Shown here: piece by piece, positions 50,568-64,000 of the stretch
Numbering within the stretch: the stretch's first letter is position 1
Layout of the letters: each line of letters starts with the position of its first letter
Assembly (NCBI RefSeq): GCF_009914755.1
Contig: NC_060935.1
Strand: one strand, 5' to 3'
Origin: the human T2T-CHM13v2.0 reference genome, Homo sapiens
DNA: 64,000 nucleotides
Position numbers and translations under genes: made by a program
The notes under the pieces: model-generated
Told to the model about the DNA's origin: nothing
Databases searched by the model: none
What the model saw: the letters and a program-made list of their open reading frames with translations, nothing else

Positions 50568-50610
50568 AGACTTAGGTGTTTTCTTGTAGGCCTGAGTGGT
50601 GAAGATATAA

Positions 50611-50957
<347 letters not shown>

Positions 50958-51404
50958 CTAAAATTCATTCTTTAAAATGGAAGGTAATTCAGAAACTTGC
51001 TAAATATTCTTATTGTCCACATAATTATCATTATTGTTTTACTATTTAATTTAAAAAAATTATTGTTAATTGACAATTTATAAGTGCCATTATTCTTGAT
51101 TGTAGAGTTTCAAAAATAGCCAAATCATTCTGAAGGATAAACTATTGTATTTCTTGCTTCACCTTTCAAATAATAACCTCAAATTTGCTGTCTTGAGGCC
51201 TCATCAACTTGATTAGTAAGAGGTCAAATTATTTCTAGGAAATACATCCCTTATATATCCCTAAGGAGTCTAACGGGTCTTAAATATGTAACCTGAACAT
51301 GCTACTAATGCCAATAGCAGTTTATGCCTTTAAACATAGTTCCACAATAGGTTGGAGAACATAGTGTTCCTATGTGTAAATTTGGAGTGATTGCTACAAC
51401 TAAC

Positions 51405-51650
51405 ATCAAACATTTATTGAATGCTTGCAATGTACCTGGCACTATCACATACACAGTTTCAAATTAATTCATTTTGTCCTCCCAAAACCCTATGAAGTAG
51501 GTATAGTTATTGTTTATAATTAACAGACAGGAAGATTAAGGCATGGGAAAGTGAAGTAACTTGCCTAGGATCACACATCTTGGAAGGGGCTGAATCAATT
51601 CAAACCTAGACCGTCTGGGACCAACGTTTGTGTTATTAACTTTTCATTGT
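51405..51650 (-). mobile_element. MIR
   Basis: 'catttattgaatgcttgcaatgtacctggcact...aaccctatgaagtaggta...gtgaagtaacttgcctaggatcacac'. Confidence 0.85.
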
Positions 51651-52819
51651 GTGACACATTGTATCTGCTGTGATTTTTTTATGCTGCTGATTTCTTTCTG
51701 CTGAATTGTTAATTGGGTTCAGCTAATTATGGTCCAGGGTCCACACTCTTATTTGAATTTCTATTCTCTTTAGATTTATCCATCTCTGAGTTGTTCAAAG
51801 CTTTAGCTCATATTGCTGCCATTGTCCTCTTTACTGTAGGGAAGCCCTTTACTTTTTCCTCTTAGACTGAGCTCTTTTATGCTGGTATCTCACAGCAGAG
51901 CTACTTGTGGCCCAGGGATTTAGCAATTTCATTGTTGCATTGTCTCCCAGCTTAAGAACAGATGAGGAGGGGTGGCAGAGAGGGCTGCATAGGAAGAGTT
52001 CACAAACACAGTCTTGATTTGAATTCATAAGTCCTACCTTCAACCCTAACATTCAGACCTTGTTGCTGAGTCTAGCTAATTCAAGCAGACTTCTTAATTC
52101 TTCATAGAGATTTCTTCTCAGGGATCACACCTTTGTCTATTCCCCAGTTGTGGATATATTTTAAAGTGTTCTCTCTGGCTCCTGGATCTCCTGATTCCCT
52201 TCTAAAGCAGAGATGTAACTAGACCCAGAAGTGTTCTTAGGTATCCTGTATCATAGGATGCCATTGCCTATTCAAAGCCTGCCATAAAACAAATTATATG
52301 CAGTCACTAAGGAAACCAATGACCAAATATTTTAAAAAATGAAATAGCAATATATGTGCCTTTTTATGAAGACAGTTAATATCTAGGAACATGTTTGATA
52401 AGTATATAATTTCAAAATTATTATGAACAGAAATGATGTTTCAAAATATATGCAAATTGTAGAGGATATAAAATATCTGTTTTATATGGTGACAAACCAC
52501 AGGAACTACTAATACAAGTGTGGTTTGTTGCCTCCATTTGTAATAGGTATAAATGCTCAGTCTCACTTATAAGTTACTGAAGATAAGAGGGATATATTTT
52601 TCCATTGCAGTTCACATACCCTGAATTCTCTCACGTACCTCCTTAGGTGACACCCATGTACATCACATATCATCTTTCTGTTAGAGGGTAGGATTTAGCC
52701 CATCTATGGTAGCTTAGCAGAAGGGGTATAAGTTCATAGACAGATAGAGGCAAACTTTGGTGAAAAAATCTTTGAGTCTAGTAAAATTGATTAGGAAGGA
52801 TGCTAAATAGGGATTTTTA

Positions 52820-52970
52820 AGTTTTGGCTCCAGCTTCAATTCTGCTACTAACTATCTGGGTTACATTGGACGATAAAATGTACTTCTCCAGGTCTCAGAT
52901 CTCATCAGGAAAATAAGAAAGCTGGACCAGCTGATCTCTGAGGAACTATTTTGATTTCACAACCTATTAT
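52820..52970 (+). mobile_element. MIR3-like fragment
   Basis: 'ttctgctactaactatctggg...ctggaccagctgatctctgagg'. Confidence 0.5.
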
Positions 52971-54149
52971 TCTAAGAACCTTTCTTTTTACTTGGTTCCA
53001 TGTCACCCATATTTATTCCTCTATGATATTACGCAAGAACAGGAAAATGTCATATCATTTGCCAGACTATTTCCCCAGGATATCCTTCACCTCAGAATTT
53101 ACCTTTCTTTTCCCTCCAGGAATAAGAACATTACCTGAAACAAATGCTCCTTTCCTTGAATGAAGACATTTGTCAGCTAACGTAGGCTTCACACAAACTT
53201 AAGAAAAAAGCAGACTTAGATGTAAAATAAGCTATTTCCTTGGCTAGTTGAGTTTTGCATCTTCTCCGTTGGTTACTTTTTTTATTACCTGAGTTTCAAG
53301 AGCTTGTTTTCTCATAGCCTTATTTCTCTTTTGAAAAATTATTTCTTCATTAAAACCACAAGTAATAGTAATAATATTAAAGAGTAAAATGGAAATGAAT
53401 CAAAGAAAATTGTCCTTCTACCTTACTTCTCATTTTAATCAAGGCTGAGGAAATACTTCTGAGTGATGCCTGAGCAATGGATGGTCCAAGTTGAGGTAAC
53501 CAAAGCCATAGGAAGATTGGAGGATTTAACCATGTTTAAACTCTTAGATCAGTCAGTATGGTGGTTTTGGAGGCTGTCTCTGGCCTCAGTGTGGCTTTCT
53601 GTTTCTCAGTGTGGCTGTCTGAACGCTACAGCTTTCTGTTCTTAACAAAGCCTGTCCTCAAGAAAAGGTAGTTAACTAGAAATCTAACCTATTAAGATTT
53701 CATTAGAGCCTAACTGACCTGGGGGGAGAAAAATACTTAACCCCAGACCCCTCTAGCCATCTTGCCTTACCTAAACAGGCAGTGTCAGTGGAATTAGAGA
53801 ACACTTATGAAGTTCACAGCCCAAAGGCACATACTTACTAACAGACTGATGTCTAATCACAGAACTGTGGAATATTTCCCATCCCCATACACATTACTAT
53901 CACATCACTAAAGGCCTTGGACTATTTACTGGACTTCTTTTTACATAGTCTCTCATGTCCAGCTTTCAACAAAAAATTACAAGGCATACTGAAAGGCAAA
54001 ATACACAGTTCGAAGAGATAGGGCAAGTATCAGAACCAGACTCATAATAGCACAGGGATGTTCGAATTATCAAACTGGGAAACAACTGTGATTAATATGC
54101 TGAGGGCTCTAATGAAAAATGTGGACAAAATGAAAGAACAGAAGGGTAA

Positions 54150-55156
54150 CAAAACAACAATGAGATATCATCTCACACCAGTTACAATGGCTACTATCAA
54201 AAAGAAAAAAATAACAAATGCTGATTAGGATGCAGATGCAGAGTAAAAGGAACTCTTATACTATTGATAAGAATGTGAACTAGTACAACCACTATGGAAA
54301 ACAGTATGGAGATTTCTCAAAAAACTACAACTAGAACTACCATATGATTCAGCACCCCACTACTGTATGTGTGTGTATATATATCCAAAGGAAAGAAAAT
54401 CAAGATATTGAAGAGATATCTATATTCCCATGTTTATTACAGCACTTTTCATAATAGCCAAGAAATGGAATCAAACTAAGTGTCCATCAACAGATGAATG
54501 AATAAAGAAAATGTGGTATTAGCTGGGCATGGTGGTGTACCCGTGTAGTCCCAGCTATTCTGGACTCTGACGTGGGAGAATAGCAGGAGCGCAGGTGTTT
54601 GAGGCTGCAGTGAACTATGATTATGCTACTGCATTCCAGCCTGGGTGACAGAGTGAGACCCCATCTCTAAAAAATAAAAAATGTGATATATAATGAAATA
54701 GTATTCAGCCATAAAAAAGAATGAAATCCTGTCATTTGGATATTGTGTTATGGAGGATATTGTGTTAAGTGAAAAAACATGTTCTCACTCATACATGGAA
54801 GCTAAAAAAAGTTTATGTCATAGAAGTAGAGAGTAGAATAGTGGTTACTAGAAGCTGGGGAGGTAAGGAAAGGGAGGATAGGGAGCAATTAAGAATGCAA
54901 AATTACAGCTCGATACAAGGAGTAACTTCTAGTGTTCTCTAGCACTGTAGAGTGACTATAGTTAACAATAGTTTGTTATATACTTTTGAATAGCTAGAAA
55001 AGATGATTTTGAATGTTCCCAATACACAAAAACATGATAAATATTTGATGTAATAGATATGCTAATTATCCTGATTTGACTACTATATGTTATATGTATA
55101 GAAATGTCACTATGTACCCCATAACTATCTACAATCATTATATGTCAAATTATAAA
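54150..55156 (+). mobile_element. L1MA-type 5'-truncated 3' end
   Basis: ORF2 C-terminus and 3'UTR ('aatgagatatcatctcacaccagtta...tagaactaccatatgat...cactatgtaccccataa'); 17-bp TSD at 54133-54149 and 55157-55173. Confidence 0.9.
54519..54678 (+). mobile_element. Alu right monomer (FRAM or 5'-truncated AluJ)
   Basis: 'ttagctgggcatggtgg...gaggctgcagtgaactatgatt...gagtgagaccccatctctaaaa'; flanking aaaatgtggtat / aaaatgtgatat. Confidence 0.88.
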
Positions 55157-55871
55157 AAAGAACAGATGGGTAATGTCAGTAGATAGACAGAAATTCTAAG
55201 TAAAAATAAAAAAGAAATGCTAGAGATAAAAAAACACTGCAATGATGATCTTTGATGGGCTCATTAGTGGATTGGACATGGCTTAGAAAAAAATCTTTGA
55301 GCATGAAGATGTGTTAATGGAAACTTTGCAAACTGAAAATCAAGAAGAAAAATGGCTATTAAAGAAGAACAGGAAATCCAAGAACTGAGGGACAGCTACA
55401 GAAGGCATAACATACTTATAATGGGAATAAGAATGAGAAGAAAGAAAGAAACGAGAAATATTTTAAGCAATAATGACTAAGAATTTTCCCAAATTAATGT
55501 CAGACATCAATCTGCAGATCCAGGAAGCTCAGAGAACACCAAGCAGGATAAACATCAAAAAAGCTACATCTAGGGATATCATATTCAAGCTGCAGAAAAT
55601 GAAAGAGAAAAAAAAAAATCCTGAATGAAGCCAGAGGAAAAAATACCTTACTTATAGAGAAGCAAAACAAGAATCATATCCAAATTCTCAGAAATCAAGC
55701 AAGAAAGAAGAAAGTGGAGTGAAATATTTAAAAATATTGAGAGAATGGATATATAAATGCACTTCCTGAATGTACTATTTAAGGGCATGCAAACTTGAAT
55801 TTTGTATTGGAGATATATGTTTTTCATAGCGATAAGGACTCTGGAGTTAGTCAGAAATTGATTCTGTTTTT

Positions 55872-56383
55872 GTGATAGCTGACTACAAAAATGGCCACAA
55901 TTATCCATGCCTTTGTGGAAATGTACCCTTTACAATATGGTTTTGCAGCTCTTCCCATCTATTTTCAACCCTCAAATCTGAGCTGGCATTATGACTTGCT
56001 TTGACTCACAGAAAGTGGCAAAGTCATGGTGTGCCAATTCTAAGAAGAGCCCTCAAGGGGTTTTGCATATATCTAAACACTCTCTAGGGATCCTGTGTCT
56101 GCCATGGAAAAGAAAGAGCTGATTCAGCTCAGTTGTTCTAGTTGAGCCCCAGAAATGAGACAGCCCAGTGAAGATCAACAAAACTGCATACTGGACCCCC
56201 AGCTAACCTCAGATGCACAAGGACTCCTAGGAAGAAAAGAGGAATTGCCCAACCAAACCAAGCCAAAGTCTTGATCTGACTATTGTGATCTAAATAAATG
56301 GTGGTTGTTTTAAGCTGGTAAGTTTTAGTGGTTTTAGTGTGATTTGTGATGCAGAATTACTGTGGTACTAGATATGTGATACA
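55872..56383 (+). mobile_element. MLT1-type LTR nested in a MIR (about 55825-55871 and 56384-56565)
   Basis: 'tgtgatagctgactacaaaaatggccacaa...atgacttgctttgac...aataaatggtggttgttttaagc...gataca'. Confidence 0.8.
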
Positions 56384-56694
56384 GTCTTTGTCTTTTACCA
56401 ACTGTGTTCTTAGGCAACATACCTGTCTTGACACCTGAGTTTCCTCCTCTTTTAATTGGAGTTAATATTAAGACATATCTCACAGGATTACTGTAAGATT
56501 ACATGACAGGCTGTACATAAATGGCACAGAGGAAGAACTCAATATGATCTAGTTGTTACTATCATTTTCTTTTTCACCATGAATAAACAGGCTTATATAA
56601 GAGGGCTTTTGCTTTTCTTGATGCTTTGGGTCTTGGCTCCTTTTCATGGTACAAATAAATGGTAACAAATAAAACCCATCTTCCCAACCAGACC

Positions 56695-56960
56695 ATGGTG
56701 CAGGTAACAGTAAGGAGCTCTGAAATCAGATTGCCAAGACTCAAATTCCCTGCTCTGCTATTTTCCAGCTGTGTGGACTTGGGTAACTTAATTTCTCTGT
56801 GCTTTAGAGTATTCACTTGTAAAATGGGGCAAATAATATTGCCTGCTCCTACAGTTGTTGTGAACATTAAATGATGAACATTTAAAATGCTTGGAGTGCT
56901 GCTGAGCGCACGGTATACACTTGGAGTGCTTGGTAAATGTTTTACATTATTGTTATTATA
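56695..56960 (+). mobile_element. MIR
   Basis: 'gctctgaaatcagattgcc...cagctgtgtggacttgggtaacttaatttctctgtgc...tgtaaaatgggg'. Confidence 0.85.
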
Positions 56961-57504
56961 TATTATTATTATTAAGATGTTTGCATCACCTAGCGATCAG
57001 CTGAATCTCAGGCTTGTACCATGTGAAATTCTTCAGGAGCTTCTGAATTAAGCAGGGGGATATTTAGCCACTCCTCAGTAGTCCATAGGGCAGTGGCCAT
57101 TCACTAGAGTTCAACCATCTGGCAGACAACATGCTCAGATCTTTACATGTTGTCATAATGAACAACTGGTCCAGAATTAGCACACTGAAGAGATTCTGAA
57201 GAGAGCCAGAAAATGGGAAATGGGAATAATCCATTGCTCTGAGCAAATGACATTGGCTCACGTGAGTATGGATCTGGGGTTAGCCTCCGAACAAAGAACT
57301 AAAAGCAAAACAACAACAACAACAAAAATAAAACAGTTGCCAATGAGTCGGGGCTAGTTTTGAGGGAGCTGGACCAACAGTCCAGCTAAGCTGAAGGGGT
57401 TTCAACCTTTAAGATGAAGTAACACTGAAAAATACTCTTGATATATCTTTAAAAGGAGACACATTACACTTAGAGGTAGGAAAAAGAGAAAGGAATTGTG
57501 TATG

Positions 57505-57750
57505 TTATTAAGAAAAATGAGCCTTTGAGTATGACAGAAATGGTTTTGATTTCTCTTCTTCTCATTTAAGACCTATATAACCTTGAACAAGTTTCTTTAT
57601 CTATCTCTTTTCATTTTCCTTTTTAAAGTTAGAATAATAATTCTCTCATAGAGCTAATGAAGGGATTAAATCATGTAACTATTTAAAATGCCTAACAGTG
57701 CCTGACACTTAATAGGCACTTAATAAATGGTATATGTTCCTGTTATTATT
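57505..57750 (+). mobile_element. MIR
   Basis: 'aaccttgaacaagtt...gggattaaat...aacagtgcctgacacttaataggcacttaataaatgg'. Confidence 0.8.
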
Positions 57751-59179
57751 GTTATTAATTATACCTCGTTTGACAAATTTTTTGTATTGCCAAAATCTCC
57801 ACCTTGAGTTACCATTTTCTGTGCTTCATTTGCTCTGGTTTAGCTTTTCATTTTTCTGTGCATTCCACAGAACTTTTGACATCCACCCTTTAGATACCCA
57901 ACTACTGACTTTGATATCACACACCTCATTGATTACCTCCTGGGCTGACTTTGACATCAGGCATCTGCGTCATTTTTACTTGCTTGTTCAAGGTTCTAAT
58001 TTCCCTGTATCCTATCTTTGTCAGTGGGTAAGAGATCACAGAAAGCAAATGAGACTTAAGGAATTGTCTAATGTTGGAAGAAAATATCAGGAAGGCAGGG
58101 AACTGGGTCTACAAGGTCAGGGAGTCAGAAAATGAGGTACCAATTATCAAAGTGGTTTTCAGCTGTTCTCAAAAAAGAATAAGAAATATGTGCTCTGAGT
58201 ATTTTCTGCTCTGAAATAGGTTAAACCTGGACGTAGGCTCTTAAATAGGTAACAGAATTTAGAGATTCTCCAGATCATTTTCTCTACTGCTTTCTTCAAG
58301 TTGATTATGAAAATTTGAAAACAATAAAAAATAAGGGCAAGTTAGGATAAAAGGTTATAATAATACAAACAAACACTTCTTTTTCTATGCAGCTGATTGG
58401 ATTTCTCTCTCTTCCTTCTTTCACTCTGGAACATTCGTCACTTTTAAAACTGGATCATCAGAGCTTGGGTGAATTAAACCATGTTTTCAGGTTCGATCCC
58501 ATTAGCTCCAATTTTCTTCATCTAGTTGTAGGTACCAGGCAGTCCCTGAAGAACTGTTTAATAGTGTTGATAGATCAAACAAAATTCTTTTTTACAACCA
58601 AGCAAACAATGTCCAGCAGAGATTTAGTGTGGGCCAACAGTGTCACTTTCCTGTGAAAATGTAGGATTCCTTCAATCAGGCCCACCCACCATACCTCTTA
58701 GCAAGAACATACTGCTTGGTAGCAAAGATTATCACTTTAAGATTTTGGAACTGCGATTGGTACAAACTCAGATACAATGAAGCTCATAAATATAAAAATA
58801 GATGGGCTAGATATAAAGTATAATTTTCTTCCCACTTCAAGTACATCCGTTGTCTAAATAGTTCTGTCTCCACTGCAAGATCTGAGGATTTGTACATTTC
58901 TATACTATATTTCTCTCTGGTTTATTTCTCTTGTGACCTTTCTTGGAATTACGGAAATTTTGAAATTTTGTTCCTTATAGTTGATTGATTCATAGATGAT
59001 AACTAAAACACATCATTTCTTTGCCTCTGAGAGTTGTTTCTGATAGAATACGCAAATCCCAAGATAGATCATAATGATGAAATAATATCAAATAACACAG
59101 CTGAGGGAGTTTCTGCAAAATAAATAAGATGGTCACCAGCCATTGTTGTTCACATCCTTTAAATCCTTCTCCTCAGCCC

Positions 59180-59400
59180 CATTTATAGCAGATGACTTAG
59201 GCTGCGTCATCCACATGCTGTTGTCTGTGGGACAAATGAAATAACCTCTTCGTGTTTCAGTGTCTTCATCTAGGAAATGTGGCTGTCAGTACTTTTCTTT
59301 TAGAGGGGAATTTTGAAGAACAAATGAGATAATTCATGTTGAGTTATGGATGCACATGTAATATTTACCTAGTAAGTGATAGTTATTATTAATAATAATT
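59180..59400 (+). mobile_element. MIR (degenerate)
   Basis: 'aacctcttcgtgtttcagtgtcttcatctaggaaatg...gaacaaatgagataat'. Confidence 0.6.
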
Positions 59401-60173
59401 CACTTTATGGTTGATTGATATATAGTTGCAAGTGATTAGCTTTGGTTAAAAATGCAATGTGAAATCTCACAGCAGATTGGAGCTATAGAGTGGAGTTAGA
59501 GATTGAGTTATTACTCATCAGTGAAACTAGTAAAGAAAACTGCAAAAAAATCATCTTGGAAGGAAAGACTAGATTGTTTCAGTATTTCTAATTCATATGA
59601 ACTGTTTCATTGTAAACATATTATAAATCTCTGCTTATATAAACAACAATTTTTATTTTCCTACAAGCATAATTTTAATTCTTAGAGCTTTATTTGATAG
59701 TAATGACTAAATCGGTAACAATTCTCACCCTAATATTTTTAGTCTGGAGCTGCCCTTTTCCCAAGATGATTTCAAATATTTAGCTTGAAAAGGAAACTAG
59801 GATATAAATTGCCACATTTACGATGTCACTGTGTATTGGTTCATAGCATCCATTCTTATAATAATAATTACATTATTGAATGCCTATTTTATTCTAGGAA
59901 GCAGATTAGGTCCTAGAAAAATGAAAATCCTATCTCTGCCCTGAAGGAATTTAGCCCTGTGGATGAATGGAAGTACAAATAAAGATTATCATGTAACAGA
60001 AGATATATTAAGATCAAGTCTTGTACAAGATCTTAACAGGAAGAAGAATAAGACTTTTGACTTAGTTATAGGAATATAATTTATAGGATTTTGACACAGA
60101 AAGGATTTTTTAGAAAATATTGAATCCAAGTAGAACAGGTATCTTTTAAAACCATGGTTAAATCTTCAGAATC

Positions 60174-60468
60174 AGCCGGGTGGTGGCTCACGCCTGTAAT
60201 CCCAGCACTTTGGGAGGCTGAGGTGGGCGGATCATGAGGTCAAGTGATTGAGACCATCCTGGCCAACATGGTGAAACCCTGTCTCTACTAAAAATACAAA
60301 AGTTAGCTGGGCGTGGTGGCGCATCCTGCAATCCTAGCTACTCGGGAGGCTGAGGTAGGAGAATCACTTTAACCTGAGAGGCGGAGGTTGAGACTGTGCC
60401 ACTGCACTCCAGCCTGGTGACAGAGCGAGACTCTGTCTCAAAAAAAAAAAAAAAAAACAAAAAAAAAA
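60174..60468 (+). mobile_element. AluSc-like
   Basis: 'ggatcatgaggtcaagtgattgagaccatcctggccaacatgg'; two small deletions; TSD cttcagaatc on both sides. Confidence 0.95.
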
Positions 60469-60884
60469 CTTCAGAATCTTAGCAGGAACTCTTTGTGAGA
60501 ATAGAAATATTCTTATGGTGCCTCTTTGCTCTTCTTAAATTCAGGCTTCTGTTTTCAAGAGAAGAAGAAAAACTATACTGCTACCACTAGGATCAGGGTG
60601 AGCTTTCAGGAATCAGAGTGGTCAGGACTCATTGATAACATCTTGGGAGAGAGAGAGAACACCTGTGGCTTCAGATGCAGCCAGTCTCCTTCAATGGGTG
60701 CCACCCTGTGAGCAGTGAATAAAATAATCAGGACTTCCCTTCCTCTCTGTGAATTGTTGGTTTATTTGTTTTTGCTTTTACTAATTGATTTGTGGTCTTT
60801 GGCTCACATTTCTGGCTTATCCCCTAGCCTTCAGATTTATGTCACCTTCCTGTATTGGCTTGTGTGGAATCATCATCGCCATGA

Positions 60885-61070
60885 TGAATGATTGAGGACT
60901 TATTCCATATCCATCTCTAATCTTTACCCTCTTCATCCAGGCAAGGCACTATTATCAGTTCATGAGAGGGAAGAGTTAAGTGACTTGCCTAAAGTCTCAC
61001 AGCAAGTAAGTGGCGGAGTGGATGCTTGAACCGAGGTGTATCTGACTCTAAGGTTTCTTTCCTGACTCCT
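60885..61070 (-). mobile_element. MIR
   Basis: 'gagttaagtgacttgcctaaagtctcacagcaagtaagtggcggag...ttgaacc...tctgactcta'. Confidence 0.8.
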
Positions 61071-62039
61071 TATAGACTACATCTGCAAAAATGACTCTTG
61101 GTGCTGCCTCTGTCTGTCCCAGACTGCTGTGTCTGAAACCTAATTACAGGCTCTTGATAATGACTTCTTATACTTCCACGTCTGTTTGTGCCAGTCCTAT
61201 CACGTAAGAATGCACCATATGCCCTGAGAAATGCAAAGGAAGTTGGGTATACAAGGCCCTGAATAAATATGAAAACAACTTAGACAAAATCAGAATTCTT
61301 CTCTTTATTTTAGGCCTAAGTTGTGATAATATGACTGTGTCAACCTCTTATTTGGAAATAAAGCAAATTACTTTGCAAGAGCCTCAGTGGGCAGAGGCTG
61401 TCACCTTCCTCTGAGGGTCCTCTTCACCTAATATAGGACAAGGCCATTTCTGCTTTATTTGCCCAATAGGAAGGAAGTCTCATTCTTGCTCTAGCCTCAA
61501 CTCACGCAGCCACAATACTTGTTGTCACTATTGATCACTGCATACACATAAAGAATTGGTCATATGATTAGTACAGCGTGCTGGAGGTAATAATGCAAGA
61601 GTGTTGGGCTTGAGTCAGCTTAATTTATGTCTAGCCTGAACGTGTAAACTGTCTCCTTCTGTCAGATGTGGTGATTTCATTACGAGTGTAGCACTGAATG
61701 GTGTGTGCCATGCATCAAGCTAATGAATATATAAATCCAAACAGTAATTGAATTTCTGCATTGATGATAAACGTTCCTTGTAAAGAAAAAAAAAAAAACA
61801 CATTCAGCAGGGACAAGGAAAATAGTCTGGGGAAGGTAGCATGCTGGCACGATTTGTATTATCAGAAGGCAACTTGGTGGCAGTGTAGAGAAGGATTGGA
61901 TCAAGGACTAAGCCCCTAGCATGTCTCTTCCACAGAGGAAGCAAGGAACAAGGAGAGCAGATGTTTTCTAAGTAAGATTCTTATCCCCCCTTCTCAATAT
62001 AATTTTTCACCTGCCTGGAATCTTCTTTGCCTGAGAGAC

Positions 62040-62200
62040 AATAGAGTGTGGTGAATATGAAACAGGTTCTGTAGACATGGTGACTTGGATTTGCCCAGCT
62101 CTGTCATTTCCTAGCTATATACCCTTGAGTAGGTTAGTTTCTCATCATTATAATTGGGATAATCATCTCATTCCAGTTGTCAGAAGGACTAAATTATTTT
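62040..62200 (+). mobile_element. MIR
   Basis: 'cccagctctgtcatttcctagctatatacccttgagtaggtta'. Confidence 0.7.
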
Positions 62201-63189
62201 GTCATTGTTTTTGTTTACTCCTGGCCAACACCATACAATGGAAAATGTTGGGGTTGCATTTTAGAGACATATATAGCTAATTCAACCCCCAAGGCTCTGG
62301 GACTTCAGTTCTTTCAGATATTCCTACATTCCCTCTGGAGAGCATTGAGAGGATAATTAAGAGCTTTTCAATTTAGCCATTTCCTTGGGTATTTGTAAAT
62401 AAAACTGACATACTTGTTTGTCTCTATAGTAACTCACATCATGGTTGAAGGCATATAGGGCTACCTTTGCCAATAAGAACTGTTTTCTGACCATTCTTCA
62501 GGCTACTCCTTTTATAGACGGTTCCAAAACTTTTCTCCTCTTTGGTCAGCAGGTCTTTTTTGAGTTTCTCCTTTTTTCCCGAAGGGTGCTGGCCAATAAT
62601 CCCTGAATCATCTACCCTATACAATCATTGCCCCCCACATACTAAAAAATTTGGGGCTGCTGGCTTTTCTCATGTGTCTACATTCTTTTGGGTAATTGGG
62701 CTGTTCTCAATGTTTTTGAGAGAAGCTTATAGGACATTTTTGTTCCTGCTCAATTCCCTAGTCTTAGAGATCTTAGAACATGGATAGGCATCAGATAATT
62801 TATGTAAATTTTTGTGTATATATACGAGTATTTGCATGTGTATTTTAACAATTAGAAGTGACATATTGTTTATCAATTCTCCAGTTGTCGTTTGTCCTCC
62901 AAAACATTAATAATCATTCCTAGTAGTCAGTTTCTGTATTCTATAGCAGTCGTGTAGGAATAAGTCTTTGAAGAGCTGGGGGCTCTTGATTCTCTTCTAA
63001 TGTGGGCTTGGGAAAGCACATCTTTATAATACCTGACTTCTCTTACCTTTCCTTTCCTTCCTTATCAATCTCTTTCTCTGTCCCCTCAGAACAAATTCTC
63101 ATCTCTACAGTGAGACCTCCGATGGGATGCAGCAGTGCCTGGCTGGCCCCTCATCCTCCTCACTCCTCTCTATCAAACATGGTCCCCCT

Positions 63190-63325
63190 TCTTCCTCAAA
63201 TGCTTTAAAAATCACCTCCTTTGTAATTCTCCTGTGTAAAGCCCATGTCACAGTCTTCCATTGTGTCTCCAGCATCTAGTACAGGGCCTACCACATAATA
63301 AACATTGATCACGAATGTTTACAGG
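63190..63325 (+). mobile_element. L2 3' end
   Basis: 'ttgtgtctccagcatctagtacagggcctaccacataataaac'. Confidence 0.65.
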
Positions 63326-63424
63326 TTGTCAGTAGTTTTCCTCCTTCGATTTAGAATTTCTGGATCTGTGATGCCATGTCTTCCCTTTCCTTTTATTTTG
63401 ACAGACTTTGTGCAGAGAAGAGGG

Positions 63425-63461
63425 TCTATTTTACCTTCCCTTCATCTATTTTACCTTCCCT
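63425..63461. repeat. 20-bp-period tandem duplication (tctattttaccttccct x2)
   Basis: Directly visible. Confidence 0.92.
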
Positions 63462-63479
63462 GGCAGATGATGGCATGTT

Positions 63480-63600
63480 TTTAATCTCAGGGATGCTTTT
63501 AGAGGATGAAGTGAAACTACCTATATAGAGTGCTTAGCATGATGCCTAGCACATAGTGGTGATAAATAACTAATGGCTAATATTAACAGTAGTAGTCTAT
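63480..63600 (+). mobile_element. MIR 3' fragment
   Basis: 'gaggatgaagtgaa...agtgcttagcatgatgcctagcacatagt'. Confidence 0.7.
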
Positions 63601-64000
63601 AATTCATACCTTGGTAAAGGTTAGTGCTCATAAGCCTGTTATATTTGGCAGTAGTACTATTCCTATGCTGTATTGTAAATAGAACTTTTGCCACCATGTT
63701 TAGCAGCAAGTGGGTAGGTAATGGCTCCTGGCTCAGGCAGTGAAATTCATAGACATGAACACTGAAATGAAGCGAATCATTATCAGATGATGGGACCTTC
63801 AGACTCTTTGCTGTCCAGCTCAAGCAATGGGGAGGAGGCAACAGCTGCTTCTGATGCTTCCAGTAATTATGATGGAAGATTATTCAATTCCATATAGTAT
63901 CCAGGACTCGAAGGGAACAATCTGGGCTAAGTCAGCATGCGCCTAATGAAATCGCTTAGCTTGGGCTGTGGCCTTACCTACCACAAGCTGTGATCTACTG

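Larger units (their letters stand above)
53400..55760 (+). mobile_element. L1MC/L1MD-type 5'UTR-ORF1 fragment, split by a younger L1
   Basis: 'atgtccagctttcaacaaaaaattacaaggcatac...atcagaaccagactc' resumes at 55157 as 'aaagaacagatgggtaatg...atccaggaagctcagagaacaccaagcaggataaa'. Confidence 0.85.

Noticed and set aside
57734-58135. 133-aa ORF with a signal-peptide-like N-terminus (MFLLLLLLII)
   Set aside because: The leucine run comes from the (TTA/TTG)n tail of a MIR, and the rest has no recognisable coding features.

Overview
This window is primate (human-like) non-coding genomic DNA. It is AT-rich and CpG-depleted, and a large share of it is transposable-element relics: Alu (J/S/Y), L1 (old L1M to young L1PA2), L2, MIR, MaLR LTRs (MLT1, MST, THE1), ERVL LTR16/33-type LTRs and MER DNA transposons. 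I find no supportable protein-coding gene, RNA gene, CpG island or CRISPR-like array. The ORF-track entries are repeat-derived or chance ORFs, and I cannot identify the locus. I do not see a new multi-gene biological system. The most notable structures are: (1) a ~180-bp, ~96%-identical local copy pasted into an LTR16 from a donor about 1 kb downstream; (2) two Alus inserted tail-to-tail at one target site, giving an inverted repeat with a ~20-bp spacer and a triplicated target sequence; (3) two near-complete MaLR proviruses side by side; (4) a twin-primed, 5'-inverted L1; (5) a TSD-less L1PA2 fragment; and (6) candidate plus-strand cassette exons (65, 33 and 87 nt) and enhancer-like motif clusters in repeat-poor islands. 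Repeat subfamily names come from recalled consensus sequences. Boundaries are approximate (tens of bp) unless a TSD is given.
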